From Lama guanicoe (lineage: Eukaryota): DNA of 64,000 nucleotides. The stretch is from the NCBI GenBank assembly GCA_013239625.1, contig MU053561.1:2826-66825 (forward strand), read 5' to 3'. Shown piece after piece: positions 12,501 to 27,500 of this stretch. Position 1 is the stretch's first letter. Every line of letters starts with the position of its first letter. A program made the position numbers and the translations under genes. The notes below the pieces were generated by a model that was given only the letters and a program-made list of their open reading frames with translations, made no database searches and had not been told where the DNA came from.

Positions 12501-15500
12501 TTACAAAGGGTGAAAAAGAAAACTCAAAGAAAGACTTGTTAGCCTCTTGCCAAAGACTTAAATAATTCACGATGATTTCATGAGGTCTATTCCAGAAGCG
12601 GTTTCTGCAGCACAAGGCAGCATGTTTCTAACAGAATGTGTATTGACTTCAGTGGGCCTTCCATAATATAAGGAAGCATTACAGAACATTATTTTCAAGT
12701 AACAGGCAAATGATAAGAATCTTGTTCCCTCTGAGGACTGAGTAGGGGGAATTCTGAGTGACTGGCCCCTGAAATGTGGCACAAGTCAACTATACCACTG
12801 TCTAGCCTTTAGGAGAAAAATACTTGGAAGTGAGGATAAATTAAGAATTTACTTTTAAAATACTTGTGTACCATTATTTTGAGATTACTATATCCTATAT
12901 TATTACGAGATTATTTATTCTCATCATGAGCTTTGAAAAAACACAACTTTTTGCTTCTCTTAAGATAACTCAGATTTTACATGAATTAAGAGAAAAAGTT
13001 TTCCCATACTCTAGCTAGAAACACAAAATATCACTCAAGTCTTGATAATTTAGAATCAAAATTCAAACATTCCACAACCCCATATTCTTTTCTGTGAAAA
13101 TTATCAAAACGTTGAGGAAAAGAAAATGTGCATAATGAAGTTAATGGGTGGGCATGTGTGTTGCTTGGGCACCCTTCCAAATGCAAAGTGTTCCAGAAAT
13201 ATTTTATACTTTGATGACCTACGTAAACTGTAGTCTAGTTAATAGAGAGAAGGAAAAAAACAACAGAATGGACTGTAAAATGACATAAATATACACATTA
13301 TGAGGTTCAAACGCTTCCTGCCCACTGACTGTAAACGCACAAAGTGATACTTGTCTGGCCCGTGCGTTAGTCCTTACTTGGCTCTCCTGCTCCCTGGTGC
13401 TCATGGACTGAAGCAGGCTCTGAATCTCCATTTCATATTCCACCGCCTGTTTGTTTCGGTCACTCAGAAGGTCCTGCAGCATCCTTTCCTTTCGCTGCAG
13501 ACGCTGGCACAGCTCCTCAGCTATTTCACTCTGCCCTGGTCCGAGTTTGCAGAGCAGTGTTGCACTAAGATCCTAACAGAGAAGGGGCAGTATAAGTTTT
13601 GGAGGAGAAAATTCCCTCTACTTGCATGTCAAAGGGCTTAAGAGAATCTATCGTAGAAGAGAGAGCTGTGAGATTCTGGAGAGCAAGGATGGGATTTCAT
13701 TCATTTTTGTTTCCCCAGATCTAGCATGGTCCTGGCACACAGATGACTATAAATACAAACACCGACAATACAGAAAATTACTTAGAAAGGCAACTTTCCC
13801 TACACGCCTAGGGTACGTAACAATTAACATTCGATGAGGCTACACGGGTGCTCAACTCATTTATTTCATCTATTTCCTCCCCAGTGTAACTCTATAGGGG
13901 GAACACACAATGGAAAGCTGAAGAGTAACGATGACTGTGTTTATCAGCATGGTGCTGCAGTTCCCACTTCCGGGCTGGGAGGGAGCGCACAGTGGTTACA
14001 GCTGTGGAGCCCCACTGCCTGGGCTGCACACTGGCTCTGCCACTTATGAGCTACGTCACTTTGGACAAGTTACTTCACTTCAGAAGTCTGTTTCCTTGTC
14101 TGTAAGAGAGAAATAATAGCATGTACCTCAGAGTTATGAGGATTCAACGAATTAATATCCATGAAGTTCTTAAAACACTGCGTGACACAGCAACAAGCAC
14201 CACAAGGAACGTTAGTTACCGTGTTGTGGGTGCGTTTTCTAGATCTCATTAACTCTCACATAACTTCTTTAAGAAAGGCAACTGTCCCCTGGAGTTTATA
14301 GGTATAGGGAAAAAAGTCCCAGTGAAAGCCAATAACTTGCCCGGGAACAGAAGGGAATTAAAGACTTGGAGTCCCTGGCCTCCCAGACTTCCAGACTCCC
14401 AATCCAAGACAGATCAGGTCATCACTAAACCAACTGCTTTTAAGTTAACTAAAGTCTTGCCTCCACTTCTTTGTTCCTGTCATGCAGAGATGTCTGTAAC
14501 TGCTGAACGATGCTTTCTTGTTCCTTCTGCCAATGGCTAAATTTGGTTTCCATTTCTTCTTTCAGCCATTGGAGGTTCTGACAGGTAGCAGATAACTGTT
14601 CCACTTCCAGGCCTTTGGCCCTCAGGAGACTCTCCATACTCTACCGTCACAAAGAAAGCAATCATAAGTCGAAGGGCACCCTATCCTTGGGATAAACAGG
14701 AAACTTGATCCACCTTCAAATTAGCTCCTAAATTATCTATCAATTTCTTTTGTAAAAGGTGAAAATTCAGTCTTTAATCTAACAGTGCCATACTGGCCTG
14801 TTTTTTTTTTATTGATTTATAATCATTTTACAATGTTGTGTCAAATTCCAGTGTAGAGCACAATTTTTCATTTATACATGAATATATATATATTCATTGT
14901 CAAATTTTTTTCTCTGTGAGCTACCATAAGATCTCGTGTATATTTCCCTGTGCTTTACAGTATAATCTTGTTTATCTATTCTACAATTTTAAAATCCCGT
15001 CTATCCCTTCCCATCCTCCACCCCCTTGGCAACCACAAATTTGTATTCTATGTCTATGAGTCTATTTCTGTTTTGTATTTATGCTTTGTTTTTTTCTTTT
15101 TGTTTTTTAGATTCCACATATGAGCGATCTCATACGGTATTTTTCTTTCTCTTTCTGGCTTACTTCACTTAGAATGACATACTGGCCTGTTTTTTATTCT
15201 CATCTAGCTTGGATAGAGATAAATGTATGTGCTAGATGAAGTATTTTGGAGGAAACAGACTATGCTATAGAGAAAGTAAAGAACTTCTTTAAGTGGCAGA
15301 TGGTTAGACATAGAAGCTCTAAAACAAATATAGACTAATAGCCCAGCATAAATATTAATAAGATAAATAAGTGTTCTCATTGTAGCTAGCCCCACACCAA
15401 CACATCTATACTATTAATGAGAAAAACACCATATAACACTTGCACACAAGCAATGTTTATATAAACATACAGAGATATTGACAAGGGTTAGAAATAAGTT

Positions 15501-18500
15501 ACAACCAGGTATAAAAATCATTTATTCACCGCCCACCCTACAAAGTTCATAGTAGAAGTGCTAAAATGTCTCACTCCCTAATCTATAAGGATGGAACTAA
15601 TGACTGCTACTTTTGTTTGCTTTTGTATTTTTTTTCCTTACACAGCAAAGATCCTGGTTTTCAGAAAACAATGGAAGAGGTGATATTTTGGGCTCAGAAT
15701 CCGAGTAGGAGAGGATTTTGCTCTTACCTGCATGGTAGCTTCGTTAGCGGAGAGGACACCGCGCAGTCTCTCTAAGTCATGATCTCGCTCTCTTACAGCA
15801 AGATGAAGTTGACGCAGTTCTTTTTCTTTCTCTTCTAGAGTGGAGAACTTTTCATCTATAGCCCGCTGAAAGCAAAGTAAGCATCCCAAAGCTCCGTGAG
15901 AGTCATTGTTCTGATCACTCTTATTCAGTAAGATTCCAAATATAAAAGAATGGAAAACCAACCCCAAAAGGCAGCAAATTAAGTAGACACACCTTTCTTC
16001 AGTCCCCCTGTGGATGGAATAATCCAGAGCATCATGAGCAAAACTAAGGTACCTACCTCGAGCGCAACATCTCTATCTTGTATTCGCTGCCGAAGTTTCT
16101 CAAGCAACATTTCATTTGCTTCAAGGGTTCTGTCCAAATTATCTCGATACTGCAGGAGCTCCCGAAATTCCTAATGAGACCAAAAAATGTTTTCATTTAT
16201 CCAGTATTAACTGAATTCCTACACTTTGCCTAGCAATGTCAGTGATTCAGGATAAAAAACAAAATGCGGTCATTCTCAAGGGGAACACAGTTCAGCAGAA
16301 ATAAAAGAAATATAATATTCTGATTCCCATACATTTCCCTGTGTAGCTGGCTACTAGGGGGACACAGGATGCACTGTCTAACTCTGCCTGAAGGTGTCGC
16401 TAAAGACCTCAGAAAAGAGATTACGTTTGCCCTGAGTCTTAAAGGACTTAATGAGTTTCCCAAGAGGCTGTGGGGATATTTGTATTAGAGGAAAAAACAT
16501 ATGCATCATATCTGCATACTATGAAAAAACTGTATGCGCAGCAAAATATAAGGGATTCAATGTGACTAAAGCTTAGAGTAGGTGTTAGAACTGATCACTC
16601 TCTTCTTTAGTGTTCCATCTTCCCCTAAAGCTTTCACTTTATCATCTAAGTAACTTCATGGAAATTTCTACACAAAGGTCTTCACCTTAGTATGTGGGAG
16701 CAATAGTCCTACCTTCCCCTCGTCTTCCACATACATAACATAGTATCTGACTCACAGAGCTGCTTAGGAACTATTGCTGAGTATTTGTTGCTTAAGTCTT
16801 TCAGGTCTATATTTATTGTTTCCTGTACTTGCTGGTTAGCATCTTGGTTCATGGATTGTACTTTCTATTTATTTTGAATCCTCCTGATTCCCACCTCTCA
16901 ATGTTCCACATGCAGCAGACACTCAAGACAGGTAGACTAGTATCCTGCGATGATATGAACTTACATTTCAGAGCCCTGTAAGCCCAGTTTCAGTTGAGAT
17001 CATTCTGCAGACTCACCTGAAGCAACTGCTCTTTGTGACTCAGACTGTGGCTGAGGTGCTGAATGTGCTGCTCCTGGGTTCGGATCTCACTGTATTTTTC
17101 AGCCTCCAGGGTATGAAGTTGTTGGCTCTTATTCTGTAATTCTGCTTGTAGCTGCTGCAAGGCTTTTCGCAATTCCTGAATTAAACAGATTCCCTTTTTC
17201 AGACAATCTAAAAACTTTTCATGTGGTCATTAGCTATGGAGGCCTTAAAACTTTCAAGGCATACAAAACAAAAAAAAATAAAATAGCAGAAAGTGCCATT
17301 CTTAAAATTACTAGAGAAATACTACACTGAATCAAATAGGATGTGGGAAATTATGGGAGCTGGGGAAAGGGGGTAGGATGCAAGTTTGATATTATAGTTT
17401 AGTATTTATTTTTGGTTTAAAAATGATACATCTATGTAAGTACTAAGAGGGACTCTGTTCCATCATAAACCTGGATCCTTTACTTACAGTAAGCTCAAGG
17501 ATGCAATATTACTCTACACGGCTGATTGTGCACTTCATTCCTCTGACCTTGGTTGTTCTTTTCACTTTTCTGTCTCATGGACTTTTATCCACTCTTCAAG
17601 AATAATCTCAGGTATCTCCTCCTTTCTGAAGCTTCCCTGACTCTCTTCCTCAGCCCGTCGTATATGTTCCTCTAGGAACCCCCTGCTTATCTCCTCTACA
17701 GTATTTACCACACTGCAATTCTGTTCATACTGTATTACAAGTAACTTAAGAGCCTGAGATTTTTTCACTCTTGTATTTCCAGAATACAGCCCAACATCTG
17801 GCACATGGTATGGGGGCAACAAATGTTGAGCTGAATTACTTAGATTAAGGGACTCAAGGGATCAGCACAAGCTATCCTTATAAAAAATTATTATCAGGGT
17901 GGTGGAGGGATAAATTAGGAGTCTGGAATTAGCAGATACACAATACTATATATAAAATAGATAAAAACAAGGCCCTATTGTATAGCACAGGGAACTATAT
18001 TCAATAGCTTATAATAAGCCATAATGAAAAAGAATATGGAAAAGAATATGTACCTATATATACACGCATAACTGAACCACTACGCTGTACACCAGAAACT
18101 AAAATAACATTGTAAATGAACTATACTTCTATTTGAAAAAAAAAAGTTATTATCAGGGCAAAGTCAGCAGTTAGGACCACAATATGATTAATGATTTACC
18201 TGGTTATGTTTCCAAGAGGCCTCCTTCTGCTGTTCTCTCTCCTGGGCTGCGGCCTCTACCAACTGCACACATCGCTTGGCGTCAGCCAGTTGCCGTTCTT
18301 TTTGTCGCACCATCCTCTGGAGCTTCTGTATTTCAAGTTGGCTGCAGAATAAAGTGCTCTGAAGGTCAAGCAGAGCCACCTGCTGCTGAGTTGGGGACGT
18401 GCCCTCTGAGTTCTGAAAAGAGAATGAAAGTCATCATCACACAGAGGGCAAGCTCTGAGCTGCCGAGAAGACCAACAAAACCAAGGCTGTGCCCGGGAAC

Positions 18501-21500
18501 GGCACTTTCTCATCTGGGCTCACGCCTCCTGTCCGCCGCGGACCCGCACATACATGCAGTTGTCCAAGCTGGCTCTGGTGCAGCATCTCTCGAAGCTTTG
18601 TCATTGTGTCATTCTGACCTTCAATCACCTGGTACAACTCCTCAGTCTGAAAATGAAAGCAGGAATACCAAACATGTTAGCAAATTAAATATAAATTCCA
18701 TCTTGCCTGTACAGATTTGGGTAGAAAATACCAATGCAGATGACACTAAGATCTCTTAGTCTAACAATATCCACTTCTAAAAATTAGAGAATACTCGTCT
18801 GCTTTGATGGGACAAGTTGTTTCCTCCCAGGTCCTTGACTGCCAAACATTTTACCTCACTTTCTCTGCTTTTCAGAGTTTCCTTGAGGCTTTGAATTGTA
18901 CCATCTTGCTTCTGAGATGACTCCTGAGCAGACTTTAGTTCATAGCTCATTTCATTCAGTTTTTCTTGAAGAATCTGAATTCAGCAAAGAAACAATTTGT
19001 AAGGTCAATGATTTGACGGTTGATTTCTTTCAACCTCAAATACAACCATGTGCTGTTTTCCCTGCGTATGGTAACCATTAGAGTCCTAGGTCAATCAGCA
19101 AGAGAAAGCAGCAGGAAATACAAAACACTTCCTTCAGTACTCAGTTGCTTCAGTTCTCATGCACTGTGCTTTCTGCATGACGGTAGCCATACTGGCACTT
19201 GTTCACAGGAGTCATTGTGGATCCTTACACAAAGACCAAGGAGCTTCTGCTACAGAGCACCTGCTACAGGACAGCACACAACAAGGGCTCAGCCAGCCAG
19301 GAGGGGAGCATCCCAAATTGTGGGAGTTTTCTTCTAAATAGTTGTTAAAATCCGTGGGTATAAAGGGGTAAGAAATTAAGCTAAAATCAAAAGCATAAAC
19401 CTTTGTCTCAGTGCCTTATCCAGTTAAAGATTGCATTCAAGTTTTAATTTCATCCCTAAAAGCACCAGAAATCTGATCTACCCAGAACAGGTTAAAACCC
19501 TGATGAGAGATAAAGGGAAGAACTACAGTTTTAACCATATACTCAACACAGCACCAGGTGTACAGCTGCCATGTCCCAGGTCCAACTCAGAGAGGTTAAC
19601 AGGCTCAACGAGAGCCAGTCCCATCCCCAGGAGACCCTGTGATCGCCAAGGGCGTGGGGCTGATCATACCTTGTTGGCAGCCTCTGTTTGCTGGATTTTT
19701 TCCTGGAGTTCTGCCAAATGGGAATCAGATACAGACTGCTGAGTTATAACAGTCTCATCTGAGTTCAGCTTTTGTTGTTTGAGTAACTCTTCGTTCACGG
19801 GCTAGGAAGAAGCAGCAAGACGAGTAAGTTGAGTTAAATGTAGCCAATAATAAATTTTAATTTTATCTTCATATGTCTTTGGCATCTTTTGCCAGAGACT
19901 TAGAAAATCAGAGCTGCTGCACGGATTCTCAGTGTGAATTCCTAAAGACAGTCCTGTTCCTTACTACAAGCAGATCCACCTCCATCCTTACGATATTCCC
20001 TACCTCCCTTCCCACCTTCCCCTATGAACCCAAACACTGTTCAGCTGAAGCAAGTAATTCAGAGTTTAAAAAGGGAGGATTTTTAAAAAATGCTTATGAT
20101 GATCAAATATTCGCTTTATCTATTTTCAATCAGGGAATTCAAAAAGTCAAACTTAAACTGTCGCTAAAAGAAGAAGAGTTATAGTTCAATTATCTTTTTT
20201 ATAACATGCTTATTCACATTATTGGAAAAATGGGCAGATTTTGAATATGGACTATATGTTAGATAATAGTATTTTATCAATACTAAATTTCCTAAATTTG
20301 GTAATTTACTTTAGTTATGTAAGAGCTGTTTTTATCTTTAGGCAATACATGCTTATTGAGTGTAAAGATGCATAATATCTGCAAACAGTTCAGGAATAAA
20401 AAGATGTATCTATAGACAGTGGGAGTGATAATACAAATGTAGCAAAACATTAGCAACTGATGGATCTGGCAAATATGAGCAACTGGTGAATCTGGGGGTT
20501 CTCGTATGACTTCTCTGTAAGCTGGAAATTATTTCAAAATAAAAAGTTAAAAAAATTAAAATAAATTTAAAAATCCATCGTGTTCTGGGAAGGAGGTATG
20601 TTTTACAGGAACATCAATTCACCAAAAAGATTCAGGAGGAAAAAAACACATATATCTGGGACAGTCAGTCAGACTGAGACAAACTTATTGAACTGTACCT
20701 AACATTATAAGCTAAGATACAAAAATAAAATGTTAGGAATTCACTGTGGCATTAAATTCCATCTCCTCTCTGCTGCCCTCCCCCATCCCCACTCCAATTA
20801 GAAAAAAAAAATAAATCCATTAAGAGAAAAAAAGGTGATTGCTATTCATTTTTTCTTTACCTCACACATTCAAACTCTGATTACCACCTTCCAGGCAGTG
20901 AGGCTACAGCTTACCTCAAATCAAGTGACTGACTGGAAGTGTAAAGATTTCAGAGGAATAATTTTCTATTCTTCCAGTGCTATTTATCATTTTTAAAAAC
21001 ATCTATTAAGTACCATAATGTGCAAAGCACTGTGGGAGTTGGGCTAGGGAGCTACATAATAGAAGAACAAGAGAATACACAAAATATAAGATAATGACAA
21101 GCCCTATACTGTGAAACAGAAAAGCATGACAAAGTGGTTAAGTTGCTCTAAGCTGGCTGATCAGTGGAAGATCTCTATCAGGCAGCATTTAAATGGAGAT
21201 CTACAGGATAAGGAGCCAGCTCTGCAAAGATCAACAAAATAACCTAGGCAGAGGAACTGCCAATGGAAAGGACCTAGGGTGAATATGACCTTGGGAAAGA
21301 GAAAGGCCCAACCGGCTAGAGTAGCATTTTCCAATAGAAATACAGTGTGAGCCATATATTGAACTTAAAATTTTCTAGTAACTTCACTGACTAGAGTGAA
21401 AACAAATAGGTAAACTTAATTTTAATAAAACATTTTATTTGACCCAATATATTATACTGTATATTAACATAAGCATGTATTCAATATAAAAGTTATTAAC

Positions 21501-24500
21501 AAGATACACTACATTCTTAGGGGTATATTTTACACTCAGCAGCATGTCTCAGTTTGGACTAGTCACATGGCAAGTGCTCAACAGCCACATAAGGCTAGCA
21601 GCTGCCTTGCTGAATAGCACAGGGCTAGAGAATAATGGGCAAAGGGGATGGAAACACATGATGCGGTGGGAAGGAAGGCCAGGACCAGACCAGATGGATA
21701 CAGCGTCCACACACCAGAGGTAATGAAGCTGGATTTCATTCTCATTGAAATGAGAATGGACTCTGATGTTTTTAACAGAAAAGTAATCGATCATATTTAA
21801 ATTTTAAAAAGATGGCTCTAGTTGCTGCTCTGTGAATGGATCGCAGGGAAGCACCAGCAGAAATGGGACATCAGCCAGGAGGCTGCTGCAGTGTAAGTGA
21901 AAGGTAATAGTGGCTTGGATGATGGTGGCCGTAATGGAGGGGGGAGAGAAATGGGTAAATTTGGACATATTTTAAAGGTAGAGTCACCAGGGCTGGATGG
22001 TGGGAGAGGGAGAAGGACAAAGAAGCGAGGACAAGGACTCCTAGAAAAATTGAGATATCTGTTGTTATGGGTGTAACAGGGAGCCCTGCCGGGAAGCAAC
22101 ATGAATTATGTCACACCGTGGGAGAGGTAACTATTTTAACACATATTTTCAACAATTCTAACTGATAAATGATTTTAGCATTTATTTAATGACAAAACAG
22201 TCTCTATAAAACCTGACCTCTTACTTCCTAGATGTGAAACAATTTTCCAACATCTATTATAAGATATTTTTGTAATTTAAACTATAACAAGCAGAATTAA
22301 AGAAAATAGCATCAAGTTTTAAATGACAGTTATGGTGGCCATGTTTAATCACTTAAAGCCAAAGAATCTTAGAGCTGTGAAGGACACTTTACAAACTAAC
22401 CATCTGGTCCAATCTCATCTTACATTTGAGGAAATGGAGACTTAGAGCAGGTAACTAATTTTTCCAAAGTTACAATGGAAATCAGGGAAAGGATCCAACT
22501 AAACTGAATTCACTTAAGTTGCTAACGTATCTTTCATCTCTATAAACCTGCCATAATCCCTGGAATACTGCAGGGACCAAAAATTTTTGTTTAATAAGTG
22601 AACAATAAAAACAAAAGCAAGCAAACAAAAACAGGCCTGTCTCCTAATTCCCAGTCCAATGTTCTAATCCTTCAGCAGCTCTCTTAGACATAAGACCAGA
22701 TAGATAAATAGATAGAGAGACAGATAGATAGATGTTTAATATAGATATTTCAACATCAGCTTTAAAGCCAAAGAATGCCACAGGAGAGGACATGACGAAT
22801 CTGGGTCTCATCTGAACCCACACTGGCATGAATAATCAGAGGAAACCCGTAATTCTGTAAATGCAATACACTGATTGACCTAAAGGCTAGAAGATGTTCA
22901 TTTATTCTTTATTCATAATACTTTATTATTCTAAATCTTAGGGAAAAACAATGTCCTTTCAGATAAGTCTGCCAAAAGAGCACTTAACAAAGTCCCACTG
23001 AGTAAACAGCTCATAATGAACTCTGGTGATGTATCAAGTACGTAAAGCAATCACTCCCATGACCATTTTGTAAAGCCTGAAATCAGTAACACTTATTTGA
23101 ATCAGTGTTAATCTCCAGGCTACTAGTTACTAAAATCACACCTGTAATCATAATATAACTTTAAATTAAGTTGCCTTTGACTCAGGACAAATGCTTTTCA
23201 GCATCAGAAAAGAGAACCGCTTCCAGGCCTCATGTTGCATAACGTAAGACCTTTAGGCTAAAAGGCAGTTATTCAGATCTTCTAGATTAACAGCGTTTTT
23301 CTTGACACTTTCCTAGTCATAACAGCAACTCATAAAGCTCCAACTACCATAATTTTCTATCCTATTGTTAGTAATAGGAAATACACCAGAACTATCCACT
23401 AGCACAAAAGTAAAAGCCCAATCTGACCAGCATCTAATGCTTACACCTTCCAAAAGGCCTGATCTGGACAATACAGCTAAACTATGAGAGGGATAAATCC
23501 ATCACAGTCACACAGGAGCAGACCAGACCCTGGCACTGAAAGGCTCGAAGCAAAGATCTCCTGCTCTCTGAATTTGGGTAGAAAAGGAAACTGCACATAA
23601 GCCAGAGCTGCACTGACGTTTACTAAAGGACCACACCCCTCCTATCACAGCTTTTCTAGTTTAGGGCCAGGCAATAAAGAAGGAAATTACCCAGCTAGAA
23701 TAAGGCTTCAAATCTTTCTTTAGATATTTGAACAAACTCAGGCCTTCGGACATAAACTCTGTAGAAGGCAAATAAGTCAGTTTTTGTAATATCAAAAAAT
23801 GAGTAGGCTGAACTACAGTGCTGCTGCTTTTCTTTAAGAAAGAAAATGAAGAAAAGCAGTCAGGAGTGGTCCTGGCGGTGACATCCAGCAGTGCCTAGCA
23901 TGGGGTGACTAGATTAAACAAAGGAATCAAAATGACCTTACAGAACAATTTTGCTCTTTAGGATAAGAGCTTGTCTTCGTATCTGCAGTAGAATTTAACT
24001 AAAGGAAACACTTCTTTTTCTTTCATGCTTTTTATTTCTGCAAACTAAAAAGAGAACTATCAAAGGTAATTTACACTTGTTTCTATTCTTTCCACATTTG
24101 TTCAGAAAGCAAACAAAAACTATCCTGCCTTTGTCCCGCTTAGCTCTGGTTTTGCCATAAAGCACAACAGGCCTTAAGGAGCTTAAAAGTCAACCAGGCT
24201 TACTTAAACAACAGATCCGGGATCCAAAATATACACATTTTACTTATAAACACTTTGAACCTAATTAATCTATTTCCCTCCACATCCTTAATTATTGGAG
24301 GAAAAAAGCATAGGAATTAAATGCCATTATTCTTCAAGCTGAATATTTTCTCCCTCCTCCCAATGTTTTATTCTTCTACGAACAGTAAAGACCATAGGCC
24401 AGGTGACAGGAGAAAGGTCATAAACACTGTTGTGTTAAAGGTCAATTTTTCCAGTGTCTAAATTCAGTGAAGTAAAGGGCCTTGACCTACAATCACCGTA

Positions 24501-27500
24501 TCTTAAATGTGCTCACTAGGATGACAAATTTCTTCATAGAATCCCTAAAGAATCCTCCTGGAATCCTTAGATTTTTAGAAAGAAGACTCTTCATTTAAAA
24601 TAAGTACTTATTTAATTCAATGTACATCAGGCAATGTGGCTTAATACATAGAATAAAAAAGTCTTGGCTGAGAATGGTTAGGAATCTTTGGCTCTTCCCG
24701 GGCTAAGTTACTGAAATCATGAGCTTTCCATGTCTCTCAACTGAGAGCCTGTGTGAGATGATCTTTAAAACCCTTCCCAACTCCAGAATTGTTGAGTCCA
24801 GGCACCAACAAAGAATTCTTAATTTAATATGGAGAAAAAAACTCCTTTTGTTTTACCTGTGATTTTCTAAGTCTTTAACTTTCTACAATATTGGCCATTT
24901 TTAGGTTTATTTATTTATTTTAATGGAGGTACTGGGGATTGAACTCAGGACCTCGTGCAGGCTAAGCATGCACTCTACTACTGAGCTATACCCTCCCCTA
25001 TTGGCCTTATTTCAAGAGGCAAAAAGTTTATTTCCCATCCACTCTGTCCAGACTGCTTTTAGATCCTAATATGAAAACACCATGTTTAATCTGACATCTA
25101 TGTCTGCTCAAAGAAATACTGTAAAGCCCAAATTCAGCTGCAAAGCTCCAATGAGAGAAAAAGAAGCAAAAGAAAAGTACACAAGTGTTAGGCATACTAA
25201 ACATTTTATACAAATGAAAACACATTTTAAACTTTTTGATATCTATACTTTTTCATATGCTGTTTCTGACAATTTTGTGCAAATTCAAAAATATTTCCCC
25301 CATCTTCTTATTGTGATGCAAATTTTAGATAACAGAATGACTTTTCAAAAATTTCAAGTGACAATCAACAATCTCATTTAGAAGCTCTAATTTCCTGGCA
25401 TGATGTTGACAGGGAGCAGGCTTTCCATAAACGCCTCCCAGATTGTCCACCTTTGTAATGGTAACACTAAAGAATTTGTATCAAGTTGAACATGCCAGAA
25501 GTTTCACAAAGTTAATTGAATCTACTGATTACTGTTGCTACAGAAACAAAATAGCATCTGTCAAGTCCCTAGATAGACTTAAAAAGTTGGAATGAAATCA
25601 GTTGGGTAGACATGAATAGTTCAAATTAAGACCAACTGCCATCTTTTAGTCGTTGATTCCAAAGTATAACAAATAAAACTCTCCTATCACCCAGTAATGG
25701 ATGAATCCTTTGTTAGTATCAAACCTCTTTTGACAGAGCTATAAACAGTTTTTGCCTTAACATTTTACGTAACAACACTCGAATTCCCAGGTCTCTTTTC
25801 TGAACAAGTCATCATTAGTCCTCAAATGACCTCAACTTATTATAAATATTGCCCAGGTATTACACCACTTTGGTGGATTAATAGGCTTTCCCCAAACCTT
25901 TACCCTATGCTCTGATCAGTTTGAGGCACACATGGGGATGAAAGGCTCAGTGCTCTAGGGAGGACTAACTAGAGAACTCCCTTACCAAGTAAAAAATATT
26001 TATAAATCTGAAAATGAAACAAAAAAAAAGAGAGAGAGGGGAGGCAAAGGATGTAAGAGGAAAGAGTTCTAGTGCCAGAAATAAGATTAAATTTTTTGTA
26101 GGATCAAAGTGAATTAGGAATCTTTCTCTTTTTGTCTTTAAAAAAAAGTGCAATTTTGATAATTGATGGGAAGCCAAAAGACGACATAATAAAGAGGATT
26201 GTGAAAAGCATATTATCTGAGTGTGAACCACATTTACTAAAAGGGACACAAGCAAAAGGTACGGCAAAAATGGGCTCAATGATTAATTTTCTCAAGTGCA
26301 GAGTATTATCATCCTTCACCTAGACAGAAATCACGTGAAGCCTGAGGCCAGCTAACTTTAATCAGAAAGGCACTATGCAGCCATTTTGTATACCTGGACC
26401 CGGAGTGGCAAGTACTCCTCCCAGAGATCATCCCACAGCTCCTGCAGGTCTGAAATCTCCAAGGGATAACTCACAGATGTCCTGTAAAGGGGTTTCAAAG
26501 ACCTGTTAAGGAAACCAGAACTAACTCCATCTGTCATGATATGGCCAGGCCTGGCTCCAGGTGGGCTGGATTTCACTGGAATAGGAAGCTTGCTCCCTCG
26601 GGGGCTCTGGATGGGCTTATAATCAAGACCTTTAATCATGCTAAGAGCTAGCTCCAGCTTGTGGTTACACATATGCTGTGGAGCCTGTTCATCGGAACAA
26701 CAGTCACACTTTACAAGTTCCTTTGCACCTCGCTCAGTTTCCTCATCCTTTTGTTGTGGAGGACTAGCCTGGACACTTGCATCCAAAGATTCCACAGAGG
26801 ATCCTGGTGTCCCTTCCTCCATGCTTTCGCCATCTGGCGGTATCTTCGTAGTTGGTAAATCCGGTGGCCCAACCTCAGACAATGCCTGTTCTTCAGTGCA
26901 AATGCTGGTGGACCACCTGGTAGAAGGGCCACACGAGATACTTTTCGCCACCTTTCGAGGCACCTTACAAATGGCTTCATAGTCAGAATCAGCAACCCGC
27001 AAAGCTGCACAGCCACGGCATCTCCTGGGTCGGTTGCCGGGGCCTTCGGAAGCATGGCAGCTGTGTAGCTCCTGAATCTGATCCTCATTTTCTACCCAAC
27101 ACTCAAACCCTGAATAGGCAAAGTCTTCCTGGAGCAGTGCAGAGTATCTAACATCAGGTAAGCCGGAAATGTCAACCGTCCCATTCCCCGCCTTGGTCTC
27201 CGCGCCAGTGTCATCGTTATTCTTCCGATACATACTAGCAATGCAGAACTTGAGGCGGTCCTTCTCCAGCAGCAGCTTCTGCAAGCGCTCAATTGAAAGG
27301 GCTTCGATCCGGGCAATGACGGTGTCAAATCTATAGATCCGATCAAGCATGAAAGCACACTTGCTGCAAGCAAACTCAGCTTTGCCATCGCGAGAGACAT
27401 CCTTGCCCAGAACGTGCGAAAGTAGAACCTGGAGGTTGAGCTTGGATGCCGTGTGGAAGATCCAGCGCCGCTGGTTTCCGCACAGCTCGCGGGCACAGAT

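Noticed and set aside
18184..18759. 191-aa + strand ORF and similar antisense ORFs over exons (229-588, 13351-13641, 26638-26982)
   Set aside because: Shadow ORFs opposite coding exons with no recognisable homology
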